From NCBI GenBank assembly GCA_030390025.1, contig CM059447.1, positions 9,672,001 to 9,736,000 on the forward strand: a stretch of 64,000 nucleotides of DNA. Direction: 5' to 3'. The position numbers and the translations under genes are program-made. The stretch comes from Squalus acanthias (lineage: Eukaryota). Shown here one piece after another: positions 12,950 to 26,000 of this stretch. The notes under the pieces were generated by a model. It was not told the origin of the DNA. It did no database searches and was given only the letters and a program-made list of their open reading frames with translations. How positions within the stretch are numbered: position 1 is the stretch's first letter; every line of letters starts with the position of its first letter.

Positions 12950-13888
12950 ATCCACCCTCCATAAACTGGAGCTCATCCAAGACTCAGCTGCCCGTGTCCT
13001 AACTCGCACCGAGTCCCGCTCACCCATCACCCCTGTGCTCGCACCGAGTCCCGCTCACCCATTACCCCTGTGCTCGCACCGAGTCCCGCTCACCCATTAC
13101 CCCTGTGCTCGCACCAAGTCCCGCTCACCCATCATCCCTGTGCTCGCACCAAGTCCCGCTCACCCATCACCCCTGTGCTCGCACCAAGTCCCGCTCACCC
13201 ATCACCCCTGTGCTCGCACCAAGTCCCGCTCACCCATCACCCCTGTGCTCGCACCAAGTCCCGCTCACCCATCACCCCTGTGCTCGCACCAAGTCCCGCT
13301 CACCCATCACCCCTGTGCTCGCACCAAGTCCCGCTCACCCATCACCCCTGTGCTCGCACCAAGTCCCGCTCACCCATCACCCCTGTGCTCGCACCAAGTC
13401 CCGCTCACCCATCACCCCTGTGCTCGCACCAAGTCCCGCTCACCCATCACCCCTGTGCTCGCACCAAGTCCCGCTCACCCATCACCCCTGTGCTCGCTGA
13501 CCTACATTGACTCTCGGTCTGGCAGTGCCTCAATTTTAAAATGTTCATCCTCGTTTTCAAATCCCTCTATGGCCTCACCCCTCCCCATCTCTGTAACCTC
13601 CTCCAGCCCTACAGCTATCCGAGATCTCTGCGCTCCTTCAATTCTGGTCTCTTGCGCATCCCCGATTTTAATCGCTCCACCATTGACGGCTGTGCCTTCA
13701 GCTGCTGAGGCCCCAAGCCCTGGAATTCCCTCCCTAAAGCTCTCCGCGCCTCTCTCTCCTCCATTAAGAAGCTCCTTAATACCTACCTCTTACCTGTCCT
13801 ACTATCTCATGTGGCTCATGTCAAATGTTGTTTGATACTGCTTCTGTGAAATGTTAAAGGTGTTATATAAATGCAAGTTGTTGTTGTA
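12950..13888 (+). mobile_element. L2 LINE 3' end containing an internal minisatellite
   Basis: KLELIQDSAARVLTRT...PITPVLADLH peptide; tail tatataaatgcaagttgttgttg. Confidence 0.85.
13003..13497 (+). repeat. 35-bp minisatellite, 14 copies (CTCGCACCAAGTCCCGCTCACCCATCACCCCTGTG)
   Basis: Directly visible head-to-tail array with no spacers. Confidence 0.97.
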
Positions 13889-14009
13889 TCCATTGTTTAG
13901 ATTATAAAAACCTTATAATATAGCCTTTTATCATTCAGGTGATGTGCATTTACTCACATCAACATAGCTTGCACGAATCTGAATTGTATGCCACCATCCC
14001 CCATTGTTA

Positions 14010-14430
14010 GACATAGAAGATAGGAGCAGGAGTAGGCCATTCGGCCCCTCGAGCCTGCTCTGCCATGCAATGCGATCATGGCTGATCATCCAAATTCAGT
14101 ACCCTGTCCCTGCTTTCTCCCCATATCCCTTGATCCCCTTAGCCTTAAGAAATATATCTAACTCCTTGAATATATTTAACAAATTGGACTCCACTGTCTT
14201 CTGTGGTAGAGAATTCCACAGGTTCACCACTCTCTGGGTGAAGAAATTCCTCCTCATCTCAGTCCTAAATGGCTTACCCCTTATCCTTAGACTGTGACCC
14301 CTGGTTCTGGACTCCCCGGCCATCGGAAACATCCTTCCTGCATCTAGTCTGTCTAGTCCTGTTAGAATTTTACAAGTTTCAATGAGATCCCCTCTCATTC
14401 TTCTAAACTCGAGCGAATACAAGCCCAATT
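14010..14430 (-). mobile_element. CR1 LINE 3' end
   Basis: LYSLEFRRMRGDLIETCKIL...TRGHSL...FFTQRVVNLWNSLP peptide plus the CR1 3'UTR. Confidence 0.9.
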
Positions 14431-14944
14431 GACCAATTTTGATGTCTTAAGATATTACATTAACTCGGGAAATCTGAATTTCTCCCCCTCTCCACTTCCC
14501 CAGAGTGCATGGGGACTTCACTTGTAAATGACTAGCTGGGAAATGAAGTATTTGGGGTTTTACGGCCTACAGTTTGTTAAGATAGAACTTCAGATGAATC
14601 TTGCCACACCCACATCCCCCCCCCCCCCCCCCCCCCCCCGCCCTCTGACATCTATCACTTTTGGTTCCCCTTTATTTTTGTAGACAAGGCAAACACTATT
14701 AAAATGAGTGTAATCCCTACATTAAATTGTGTCTATGTATTCCATCTACAACTTTTATTGCAAGTGCAACTGATTTATGAGTTGGCAGTGGCTAATTGAG
14801 AAGCGGTGGGAACTTACCAGAATCCTTTCCATATTGGTTCACTTTTCATCTGCTCACCATAGCATTTTGGCTTAACCCCCTCTCTACTCAAGCACCAGAT
14901 TGGTTAGTTATCACAGCATGTATTAGCTGTACCACTATTGCTGC

Positions 14945-15362
14945 CTTCTTGGCTTAGTGGTAGCACTCTTATCAAAATGAGAAGGTTGTGGGTTCAAGCT
15001 TCATTCCAGGACTCGAGTACAAACTCCAGGCTCGAGTACACTGCAGTACTGAGGCAATGCTGCATTGTTGGAAGTCCTGTCTTAGATGAGATATTAAACT
15101 GAGGCCTCCACATGCCTGTTCAGGTGGACCCAAGATCCCATGTCACTGTTCAAAGAAGAGCAAAGAGTTCTCTGGCCAACATTCCTCCATCGACCAGCAC
15201 CAGAAACAAGCTAACCGGTCATTCACCTCTTTTGCTATTTGTGGTATCTTACTGTGTGCCTATTGGCTGCCGCATCTTCCCATATAACAGTAACGTCAGA
15301 TGTAATTCATTAGCTATGAACTGTTTTGGGATCTCTCTCGTGAAGACCAAGGTTCCTTTCTG
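14945..15362 (+). mobile_element. DeuSINE/SacSINE1-like SINE, degenerate
   Basis: tRNA-like head (TGGCTTAGTGGTAGCAC...GGTTCAAG); body similar to 36748-37196. Confidence 0.75.
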
Positions 15363-15559
15363 AAGGTTTAGGACAGTTATGGTACAAAATCAAAGGATTA
15401 GCCGGGGAGTTAACCCCCCCCCCCGCTATTATGTAGCATGCTCCATTCACTTTTCTTTTAGGGAATTTGGATATGTCTATGCATTACTGGTAACTTACTA
15501 TCATATGCATTTCTGTATTTAATAGCAATTTTTGGATTAATTATACAAGGCTGGATTCT

Positions 15560-16550
15560 TTTTGAAATTTTGCAAATGGATAAGAAAGTGGCTGAAGGGT
15601 AGAAAACAATGAGTACTTGTTAGAGGAGTTACGTCATACGGGGGAGGTCTAAGTGAGGATACCTCTAGGATTGGTGTTGGAGCCACTACTGTTTATACTT
15701 TAGATCAATGGCTTGGATTCAAGAACCCAATACAAATTGGTAAGAATTGAAGATGATGCTAAACTAGGAGAGGCAGTGGAATTAGAGGTGGCAGCACAAA
15801 AACAAGAGCTGGAGAAAATATATAAGTGGGCAGAAATCTGGCAGAAGAAATTTAATGCAGGTAAGTTTAAGGTACCGCACACAGGAAGGAAAAACGGGCA
15901 ACACAAGCACTACATGAATGATGTCAAAATAAGCACGGGTGAAGTTGAAAGAGGCTTAGACTCAACATGTCCAACCAATTCAGTGCAACAATCAACAAAA
16001 CCAATAAAATCTTGAACTATATAGTCACAACAGCAGAATACAAGTCAGAGGAAGTCATGATCAAACTGTATAATGCTCTCGTAAGACAACATCTTGAATC
16101 CAGAAATGGCCACAAAGACACAAGAGAAACATTCAAGCATTTGAGGCAATGCAGAGAAGAGCCAGAAGTAAAATCCCTAGGGTCAGAGGTCTCAGTTACA
16201 AGGAATGATTGAAGAAATGTTGACTTTGTCGCCTTCAAAAAGTCTGAAAGATGATCTTCTAGGAGGTATACAAAGCTGTTAATGGCATGGAAAAGGTAAA
16301 TGTTAAATACTATTTCAAAGTAAATGGTGGCAGTAGGACATGGGACACAGGTTCAAATAAAAGGCCAATCTCGGGCTGGTATCAGGAAATTCTCCAGAGC
16401 CATCAATGGACTCCTAGGTAGAACAGTGGAGGCAAACGCCCTGTAAGCATGTAAGAAAGAGTTGGATGCTGCAATGGGGGACATTAGGGCCGTTCTAGGT
16501 TGGTGAGCTAAAATGGATCAAATAACCTTCATCGTCCATGATTCTTCTGA
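15560..16550 (+). mobile_element. Old CR1 LINE fragment
   Basis: Decayed RT C-terminus (DDAKLG, KWAEIWQKKFNAGKFKV, LYNALVRQHLE). Confidence 0.8.
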
Positions 16551-17327
16551 TATGTGACCAGTATGTGTGTATAATATGAAGGTTAGTTACAGGCTCAATA
16601 TCACTGTTTCTATTGTGTTGTGCTTTCAGTTTGTTTAACATTTAATTGAAAAATGTTATCAAAAGAAAATCATATTTTAAATAAAATGCTTGTAATGTGC
16701 ACAAAGTAATGGCACAAGGATCTGAGATAGCTCTCAACGATGGGAGGACGGTGGGAATTTATTTCCACAAATAATCAAAGTTATAACAAAAAAACACACA
16801 AAGACTTATAGAACTTGGTTTCACTCATTGTATCCCACAAAACTTTACTTTAATGCCAATTTCTCTGTATGCATTCTGTTTTATTAAATAACATGTACGT
16901 GGCAATTACTTGGGTATTGCTGTTGAGTGGTGTGGAGCTACCACTGTAGTTACCACTTCTGCTTCAGTCAAATTGTGGGCATGAAGTAGCAGCAGGAGGT
17001 AACAAATGGCAAAGGTTCAAAGGAAGCTTCATCGTTGAGAGGCTGTGGTTTGTCTCCACTGCACAGATGGATGAAAAATGCCTGCCCAGCAGAAGAGAGT
17101 AAAAGATAAACACAAGATGCACAATCCTGGCGACGAGGTGGACCGAACGAGTTAAAACCGTCCACAGAATGGGCTGGAAAGATGCTAGCAAACCAATTTA
17201 TAAAAGCTGACTCATTCATTTTCTCTTGAACCATAAGATAATTGTTACTTGCACAATAATTTACACACCCTCCCATGGCGAGCTGGACAGGTTGAAGGCA
17301 CACCCTTGCTGTGAGTAAAATTAAAGA

Positions 17328-17432
17328 AAAAAGACTTGGATTTATATAGCACCTTTCACAACATCAAGACATCCCAAAGCATTTTACAGCCAATACCTTT
17401 GAAGCGCAGTCACTGTTGTAATGTAGGAAATT
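17328..17432 (-). mobile_element. SINE 3' tail fragment (SacSINE1-like)
   Basis: gacttggatttatatagcacc...cagtcactgttgtaatgtaggaa matches the tail of other copies. Confidence 0.7.
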
Positions 17433-18546
17433 AAAACTTATACTTCCATGGATCAACCAACAAGAAATCAGGATATAACAGACAGGATTGTCACATTTTT
17501 TTTGCAGTAACAGAATTCCAAATTAAACAAATTGCCCATCCGCATTTGTAAATTAACTGAGAGGACAGGAAATTGTAAGCGTTTCCTTCCCCAGAATGCT
17601 TTCAAATTCCTACTTTTTTTTGTCATCTTTCTTTTTCAAAAACATAGCTGCACCATACACTTTTCCCTGGTCAGTGGCCAAGATGTGCAATTGCATAACA
17701 GCTCTGTGCAAAAAATGTCCCAGGCAATTTGCTATTTAACTTCTCTGTTTTCCAGAAGCGGCTCCCCGAGACCCACTCAATACTTCCTCTCACCCTTACC
17801 CACATTCCAAGCAGAGGTGAAGAATTCAGCTTGTGGGAATTGTAGGTGTGAACGTAGAAACGACCATTCAGTGGTACACCAACCCACTACAACAGAATGC
17901 CCTCTCGTTGCTTTATAAAAACAATCTTCTTATTGATTTTTTAAAATTCATATTTGGAAAATGTATTTATAACATGAATAGCATTTTAGGAATAAGCACT
18001 TTTCATTACTTTCTGCTGACAGTAAAGCTCAAACACAAGTTTAAAAGTAATATATAGCCTCTGAATAGCACTTTTAAACAAATCTCAAGGTTGCAGTCTA
18101 TATTCAGTGAGGACTCCTACTCCATGTCTGTGTGTACCTGCGTTACCTCGACTTACCTATAGAGGAGCACTAGAATACGCCAAACATGTTTTCAGATACC
18201 ATTTTGAGTTGGCTAACCCAGCAGAGCCTAGCTACAGGTGATAGGTGATAAGTAGTTTACCTGGCTATAAAGTGTAAATCTGCTCTTCAGCCATTCTTCT
18301 GTGTAGGGCTTGCTTCCTTCTTGGTGCTCATTTTAATTTTATTGTGGGAGGTTGTTCTCAACAGTGATGGAGAGATGCTTCACAAAAAAAATATACCATA
18401 CTTACCTAATGTTTTTATTACACTGCAATTCAAAATGTTAAGGATACACAAGCTAGATTTTCACTTATTAAAAAGGGACAGGAATGGAATCACAGATGAT
18501 GTTTTGAGTTAAAGCATTTTACAAATCAGTATGCATTGTGCAGTAT

Positions 18547-18559
18547 CGCCATCTTCTGG
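18547..18559 (-). promoter_or_regulatory. CTCF-like core motif
   Basis: Minus strand reads CCAGAAGATGGCG, preceded by TCCAGTAC resembling the upstream TGCAG module. Confidence 0.45.
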
Positions 18560-19721
18560 CAGCAAGGTAGTACTGGAAGCAAAATTCACACCTTCAAGGT
18601 TTAAATATGGGAATGCTCCATAAAGTGGAGGAAAATGAGACCTTTATATGCCTCCCCACTAAATTTTAAGAAGCCAAAAGACCAGTCAAATAAAATAATC
18701 CAATCGGGGCGAGCTCTGCAACCTAACTTTATATTGAAACAGTGTTTCAGCCACTTTCTTGCCTGAATTAAGATGTTTTCAAATATAAAATACTCTTAAC
18801 TTCAGATGAAGAGCGCACATACACCTGGTAGACTGACAACAAGAAGCACGCAAGGCGGAAAGACCATTAGAAAATGAAGAGTGGGAGGAACAGATTTAAG
18901 ATCAACGGTGAAAGCCAGTAACTTGTTCACTAATGGTTGCAAAATCCTACCCGTGCCTGGTGAAACTAGGTTATTACCTGGAAAATAGAATGTATGTGCC
19001 AAGGTCTGGCCATTGCTAAAAGTATTTTAAGAGAACCGTAATTGTGGCTTGCAAATCAACTGCAATGAATAGAGCTGCATATTTACCCATAAAAATAAAG
19101 TAAATTAAACTGTACATATTGAACAGGAATGCCTAAGAAAATGGGAAGCAATTATTTTTTTTAAATGAGGAAAAAAGACAAAACAAAAACCATTGATTTG
19201 AACAAGTATTTGAACATGAAGCACACACAAACCATTTGTTTAGCAGCCATCATTCAAACAGGAAAAGAAACCAATGCAATAACCAGAGCTCCAGTTCACA
19301 ATTAGCTTCACTGAATCACCACTTCCTATGTACCTTAGCTTTCTTCTTTCGTTATCTTGTTTCTTTATTCTCTTATTTAACCAACATTTCTTGATTATGT
19401 TGAAGAGCTCCAAAAACTGCATCTTCGGTCAGCCAATATGTAGCGAGAGAACTTTGCAGCACCAAACCATCTCCTTCTCCATATTGAATGTTGACACAAC
19501 AGTTAAGAAAGCAGATTAAACAATGGGTATTATTCTGTAGACCAGGAAAGCCACCCGTGCCCTCCAAATTATAGTGGTCAAAGAGTTTATCCCAGACTAA
19601 ATTCCTGACAATTTGAGATACATTGATTCATAAAAACAGGAACAGAAATATAGCCCCAAGACTGCAGCAAAGAGCATTTCAACATTCAGAACTTCAGCAT
19701 GAAGTTTAAAAAAAAAAAATC

Positions 19722-20275
19722 ATACTCTGGATATGGGTGTCACTAGCAAGGCCAGCATTTATTGCCCATCCTTAGTTGTCCTCGAGAAGGTGGTGGTGAG
19801 CCTTCTTCTTGAACCGCTGCAGTCTGTGTGGTGAAGGTGCTCCCACAGTGCTGTTAGGTAGGAAGTTCCAGGATTTTGACGCAGCACTGCTGAAGGAACA
19901 GCAATACATGTCCAAGTCAGGATGGCGTGTGACCTGGAGGGAATTACATAGAATGCACAGCACAGAAACAGGCCATTGGGCCCAAATGGACTATGCCGGT
20001 GTTTATGCTCGACACGAGCCTCCTGCCACCCTAGCTCATCTAACCCTATCTGCTTTTCCTTCTATTCCTTTCTAACTGATGTACTTATCTAGTTTCCCCT
20101 TAGAAGGTATCTGTGCTTTTCACGTCAACTACTCTAGGTGGTAGCAAGTTCCACATTCTAACCACTCTCTGGATAAAAAACAATTCTCCTGAATTCTCTT
20201 GATGGAACCCCATGCACCTGCTGCCCTTGTCCTTCTCGGTGGTGGAGGTTGCAGGTTTGGGAGATGCTGTCGAAG
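19722..20275 (-). mobile_element. Non-LTR retroelement 3' end interrupted by a CR1 3' fragment (~19945-20200)
   Basis: SKSWNFLPNSTVGAPSPHRLQRFKKKAHHHLL C-terminal peptide. The outer element resumes near 20205 after the inserted CR1 tail. Confidence 0.65.
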
Positions 20276-21719
20276 CAAAGTTAAAACCTTCTGAAAGTGT
20301 AGTAATTTTATGACGTTTAACTAAAGACGGATCCCGGATGAATTACAAATCTGGTACAACTACATTTTGAATCAGGTGACAAAGAGCAGAGCTGCAGTAG
20401 ATCACATTATCTGAACGAGATTGTTTTGAGTCCTGCAGTACAAGAGGCCATGGGTATGCAACAGCCAGTGATAAATTCCTCTCTAATCCGTAGCTACCCA
20501 TGGCAGCGTGACTGATATCAGGAATTCAGTTTGACGATTTTGAGAAAGTATTTTTCTCCCAGCAACAACAATGTATCCCTGTTGTGGAAAGTCAGAAGTT
20601 TAATTATCAGTTTAAAAACAAAAGTTTGAGGGGGGTTACCTTCTGGAAACAAGACTTTCTAAAAAGCAAAAATTTGTACTTTCACCATCCAAGGATGGAG
20701 ACTTTAGGAAGGCAGGCTGTGGTGCTCTAGTCTCAAATGTTGGAAACCAAAGTGGCATCGCGCAGTTCTCTACTGGTAGATGACTCGTTGACCAGCCGGT
20801 GAATGCCCATTTAGCAGGGCTAATTTTGTTGATGCTCAGGAAATCTGCTAGTTTATTATTTTCCATAATGTGCTGCTGCTCTACCAATCTTACCATGTGC
20901 TAAATCTCCAGTGGAACTTTACAAAGAAAGGTGTGCTTTGTGCATGACGTCGGGTAATGCTTTCGGTCCGCAGTACAGACTCTCCCGAAGCTAGAGAGTG
21001 AAAGTGCTAAATTGATTAGACTGCTCAGTTCTAATCTACTGAGGTTGCTGGAAAGACCAAATCGTCTTATATTCAAGTCAGTTACAGGATTGACAATTCT
21101 TAAGGTGCCCTTTTAAAAACCAGCAAAAATATTCTAATTAAAATACTGTATATATTAAAGGCTATACGTTAATGGAATTATTGCACTTGATCATTTCTGT
21201 AATCTAAAGAGCAATAGTTAATCTACTAGACTAATATCTAGCATATTAAATAGCTTTAACCTCAGTTAAGATTTAATTCATAACATCTGATACTTAAAAC
21301 ATTTTTTTTAAACTTTGCAATAACTAACCTCTGTTCTATAGTCCATTGACATTCAGCTATTGACTCTACAACTAACCACATTTAGTATTTCGGTGAAAGT
21401 ATCTATTTATTGTAATATTGATGGTGCATCGATAACAAAGACATATACTAACTGACATTGGGATTATTTTTAATTCTTTCTAAGCTTTCCTGTTCATTGA
21501 CCTGACCCTTTGGCTCAAATTAGTTAAGCTGCATCTGGTGTCAACTGGCCTGAATTTGAGTTCAAACTCTGTATGGGAAGGAAAAAGTGCACCAATTTTA
21601 CGTGCATGTCTCATATGTAATTTCTGAACTCTGTCTGTAGCCGTTTTATTTCTAAGCTATAGGTTTTGGTTTGTTTTCTTCAAGACATAGATTACAGGTC
21701 AAGACAGCAGCAGGCTACC

Positions 21720-22845
21720 AAAGAGGTTATTACACAAAATTAGGATTCATGGGATTGGGGGTAATATATTAGCATGGATTGAGGATTGGTTAACAGACAG
21801 AAAACACAGTAGAAATAAACAGGTTATTTTCAGGTTGGCAGACTCTAACTAGTGGAGTAATGCAAGGATCAGTGCTTGGGCCTCAGCTATTTACAATCTG
21901 TATCAATGACTTAGATGAAGGGACCTAGTGTAATGTATCCAAGTTTGCTGACGATACAAAGCTGGGGGGGGGGGGGGGGAGTAAGCTGTGAGGAGGACGC
22001 AAAGAGGCTGTGAAGACAGGTTAAGTGAGTGGGCAAGAACATCGCAGATGGAATATAATGTGGAGAAATGTGAAGTTATCCACTTTGGTAGGAAAAATAG
22101 AAAAGCAGAATATTTTTTAAAATGGAGACTGGAAAATGTTGATATTCAAAGGGACCTGGGTGTCCTTGTACACGAATCACAGAAAGTTAACATGCAGGTA
22201 CAGCAAGCAATTAGGAAAGCAAATGGTCTGTTAGCCTTTATTACAAAAAAAGATTGGCATACAAGAAGTCTTAACTGTAATTATATAGGGCTTTGGTGAG
22301 ACTACACCTGGAGTACTGTGTACAGTTTTGGTCTCCTTGCCTAAGGAAGGATATACTTTCCTTAGAGGGAGTGCAACGAAGGTTCACCAGACTGATTTCT
22401 GGGATGGGGTGGGGGGAATTGTCCTTTGAGGAGAGATTGAGTAGACTGGGCCTATATTCCCTAGTGTTTAGAAGAATGAGAGGTGATCTCATTGAAACAT
22501 ATAAAATTCTTAAGGGGCTTGACAGGGTAGATGCTGTGAGGATGTTTCCCCTGGCTGGGGAGTCCAGAACTAGGGGGTCACAGTCTCAGAATAAGGACTG
22601 AGATGAGAAATTTCTTCACTCAGAGGGTTGTGAATCTTTGGAATTATGTACCCCAGAGGGCTGTGGATGCTGAGTTGTTGAGTATATTCAAGACAGATTG
22701 ATAGATTTTTAGATACTAAGGGAATCAAGGGATATGGAGGGAAGGTGGAGTTGAGGTAGGAGATCAGCTATGATCTTATTGCATGGGGGAGCAGGCTCGA
22801 GGGGCTGAATGGCCTACTCCTGCTCCTATTTCTTTTGTTCTTAAA
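21720..22845 (+). mobile_element. CR1 LINE 3' portion (RT C-terminus and 3'UTR), frameshifted
   Basis: QGSVLGP, FADDTKL, KCEVIHFG, LEYCVQFWSP, RRMRGDLIE motifs. Confidence 0.92.
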
Positions 22846-23029
22846 TTCGTGGTGCAATTGCAAATACACTATACAAGTAATGAGGAATATACATGTGTTG
22901 GAGATAAAGCATACATCAGCTATAACAAATGGTTTGACATCTTATTAAAAAGAGAAGTGGACGAAAACACGTGAAATCTATATAAATGTGCATATATTTT
23001 ATCCACGCCACAAAGACAGACAACATTAT

Positions 23030-26000
23030 TGCACACATTTTCAAGAGATACTTTATCAATAAAAGGCAAATGGCAAAACACAATGCCAAGACTGAACACT
23101 TAATCAGAAGGAAGAAACCTTCAGACTAGAATCAGTGTTCCAAACCATCAAGATTACAGGAGGCAAATCAGAATACTAAAATAGATACATATTGCAGATA
23201 ATTCACATTAACATTTATATGATCGAAGCTTGAAACCCTGAAACTGTGCCCTATATTATTAACTGCATTGATATTAGTCAATTACTTGACCCATATATAT
23301 TTTAAATATAATAAATCTATTTTTTAAAATAACTACCGGCATTTAACAACCGCCACTCCAAATGGCCATCATTATGGGTCATGGGTCATGGGTCGGAGGG
23401 TGGGGGGGGGGGGGGAAAGAGAGGAAACCGTGACATCAACATAAAAATACATTAAGAAAATTACAAACTTTCAATTCTGAGCAGATTGGAAGCACAGGAT
23501 ATTCTATACACACTAGATCAGGATTTTCTATAGAGGCCAGACACCTGCATCGAGAAGAAAAATACCAAAAATAGGATTTTAGTTTGGGTACTTTATAAAG
23601 AGACAAAGCTATCTCTGTTCAATAGGTCAGAACAAGGAGATGCTGCAACATTTTCAATACAAATAGGAGAACATTGTGTGGAGAGATGGCACCCAATACT
23701 GGATATTGCACTCAAAGTGATGAATGATTTCTGTACAAAGACTTGAAAATGATTCTGCTTTCTTTAATTTTGTACTACCATGTTTGCAATGTTACATCAC
23801 CTCAGCATTCCAGAGTGTTTGGGGGGAGGGAGGGGGAAAAAGAGAAATGTGATCTAATTTTATACCACTTCTTGAATATTGTGCATATGTGGGGACTACA
23901 TGGGGAGATTCTAATGGCATTAGAAACTAACCATATCTTCAGCTGTGCTCTTGGTTACCAGAAGCGTGAAAAATTACAAAGTGAAATTTGAACAATGCAA
24001 TGACAATCTAATTTTTCAAATGAGATGTAATCCCTAGATTTGAAATGGAGCTTTACCTGGACCCAGCAAAGATTTGCTTCAAGGGAGATGGGTTTGCTAG
24101 AGTTCTCCTTTCTGCACCGACTCCCTGCTGTTAAGGAATTAGGCAGAATGCCATTTTTAAATTTTACAATATTAGTTCAATTTTTAAAAAAAAAGCACAA
24201 TTCCAACTTGGGTATTTGGTTCACAGTAAGAGGGAAAAGTCAACCAACAATGCTCACCGCACCCAATTCAGTTGTGTTTATGTTTGCTTTATGTTGAGGC
24301 ACAGAAAACCTCAACATAAAGCAATATTGCACTGGGTGCATCAAGAACAGCAAAATATGCATCTCATACAACCCATGTTCTTTGTGTTCATCTGATACAA
24401 ACTCATTAAAAAAGGTCTTGTTTCGAATGTGTATCTGGCACATTCCAGATGCCACACTTTTGTTACTGATGCAAAACAAACTTTTTGAAAAAAAGACAAG
24501 ACTGAGTCATGTCATATGCTGGGTTCTTCTGACCTGGGGCCAGAAATTTACAGGCAACTGCAACTGCCCTCTAATGGACCAGTCCACAGGCAGCTTAGAC
24601 AGCTCCCCACAGGAAATGTTTCAATAGTGGCCTTAAAGGGAAAGGACATCAGCACATTAATAATGCCATGGGCGTCCCATGGATGCAATGTTGAACATAA
24701 TGATAAGCATGTTCATTAAACCACTCAATATCTCAGAGACACCATGAGCCCAATGATAGGTCTCTTCACCCTCCAAACCACTGCTTCTACAAGTTGAAAT
24801 TTGAAAGAATTGTCAAATAAAAGCATTCGGCCTGGAAATTTAGACTTGACCTTCAAAAGGGAGCAGGCTGGGGGTGGGGGGGAAAAGGGATGCACACACA
24901 TATAATTTTGTTCTGACCGGTCAATTTTAAGTTTATGATGACCCACTGCTCAGTTTTCCATTCTCCAAGGCTACTGCTCATAACCTCGAACAGGATCACT
25001 GCTTCAGTCAGGTCACAACAGTGAAATGTCCACCTAACCACAACAATGAATGGGGACGCCTCAAGTATTCCCCATCATTTACCAAACCTCTGCACACTCC
25101 AGCCGCCCAATATGAAACTAAAGGAGCGTAAATTAAAATGAATTTTTGAACTTCAACGTAAGTCACTGGCAGCTTTCTGCATAGCGAACCACTTCACGTA
25201 GTTAGCAATTAAAGGCAGGAGACCAACCCTTTAACTCAAGTCTCAGTACTAAAATTAAAACTAACAATCGATTGGTATGCAATACCCTGTTGCTTCACGA
25301 ATGAAGAAAACCCTCCTAATCCATACATGATGATATATGGAGTGTGAAGGTTTTCATTCGAGCAATATGCTCAGTATCGCGTCACGCATGAATAATTTTA
25401 CCTTGTTTTAAATCAAACCACTGATTTCCCCCCCTCAATTTATAGGTGGAAGGCCATGGGTAAGTGGAAACCACATTGCAAAGCATTAACTAGTTTTTTT
25501 TTAGCCTGCGGTATGATTTCAAGTAATTCCATTTACCAATTCTGTTGAAAATGCAAAGTATTACTTGAGGGTGTAATTACCATTAAAATGACAAATCTGA
25601 ATACTGAAACACTTGCTGGACTCCTAACTGAATTTCACTGAAGTGCAAGATGTTCATTATCCGAGATCCTAGTTAACCACGGGATGTCTCTCTTGTAACT
25701 AGCTGAAACGCAGGCATCGGATTTCCACTGAGCGCTAAGTGAATTAATATGAAATTATATGTCACAGAATCAAAGAAAGCAAAATACATTCAACAACTAG
25801 CAGACATTGCTTTTTTTTTTTCCAAATGTTGGAATGATATGCCTCAGAAATTGCAGCTGAGTTAAGTCTGATATCAGCAAAGCTCATTAATAGTTCTGTA
25901 GCTGCAAATGCCTTCCTTACAAAACCAACCAGTTAACCAGGTACAACTCATTTCAACAAGTCATTTCAGTTAATACTGTAAACTTAAATCACATTCCATC

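Noticed and set aside
13035-13835. 266-aa repetitive ORF and two overlapping ORFs; superficially CRISPR-like 35-bp periodicity
   Set aside because: A head-to-tail minisatellite inside an L2 with no unique spacers; the ORFs are a by-product of the stop-free unit.
14617-14639. Long C/G homopolymers (also 21964, 23402, 37697, 57060, 62612)
   Set aside because: Simple repeats of unreliable length; no evidence of specific function.
19240-19422. MQFLELFNIIKKCWLNKR... as an alternative CYTH1 first exon
   Set aside because: The donor falls in phase 2, whereas CYTH1 exon 1 ends in phase 1; no recognisable homology.
21988-22601. Reverse-transcriptase-like ORFs as an active or domesticated gene
   Set aside because: 5'-truncated, frameshifted CR1 copy with in-frame stops.
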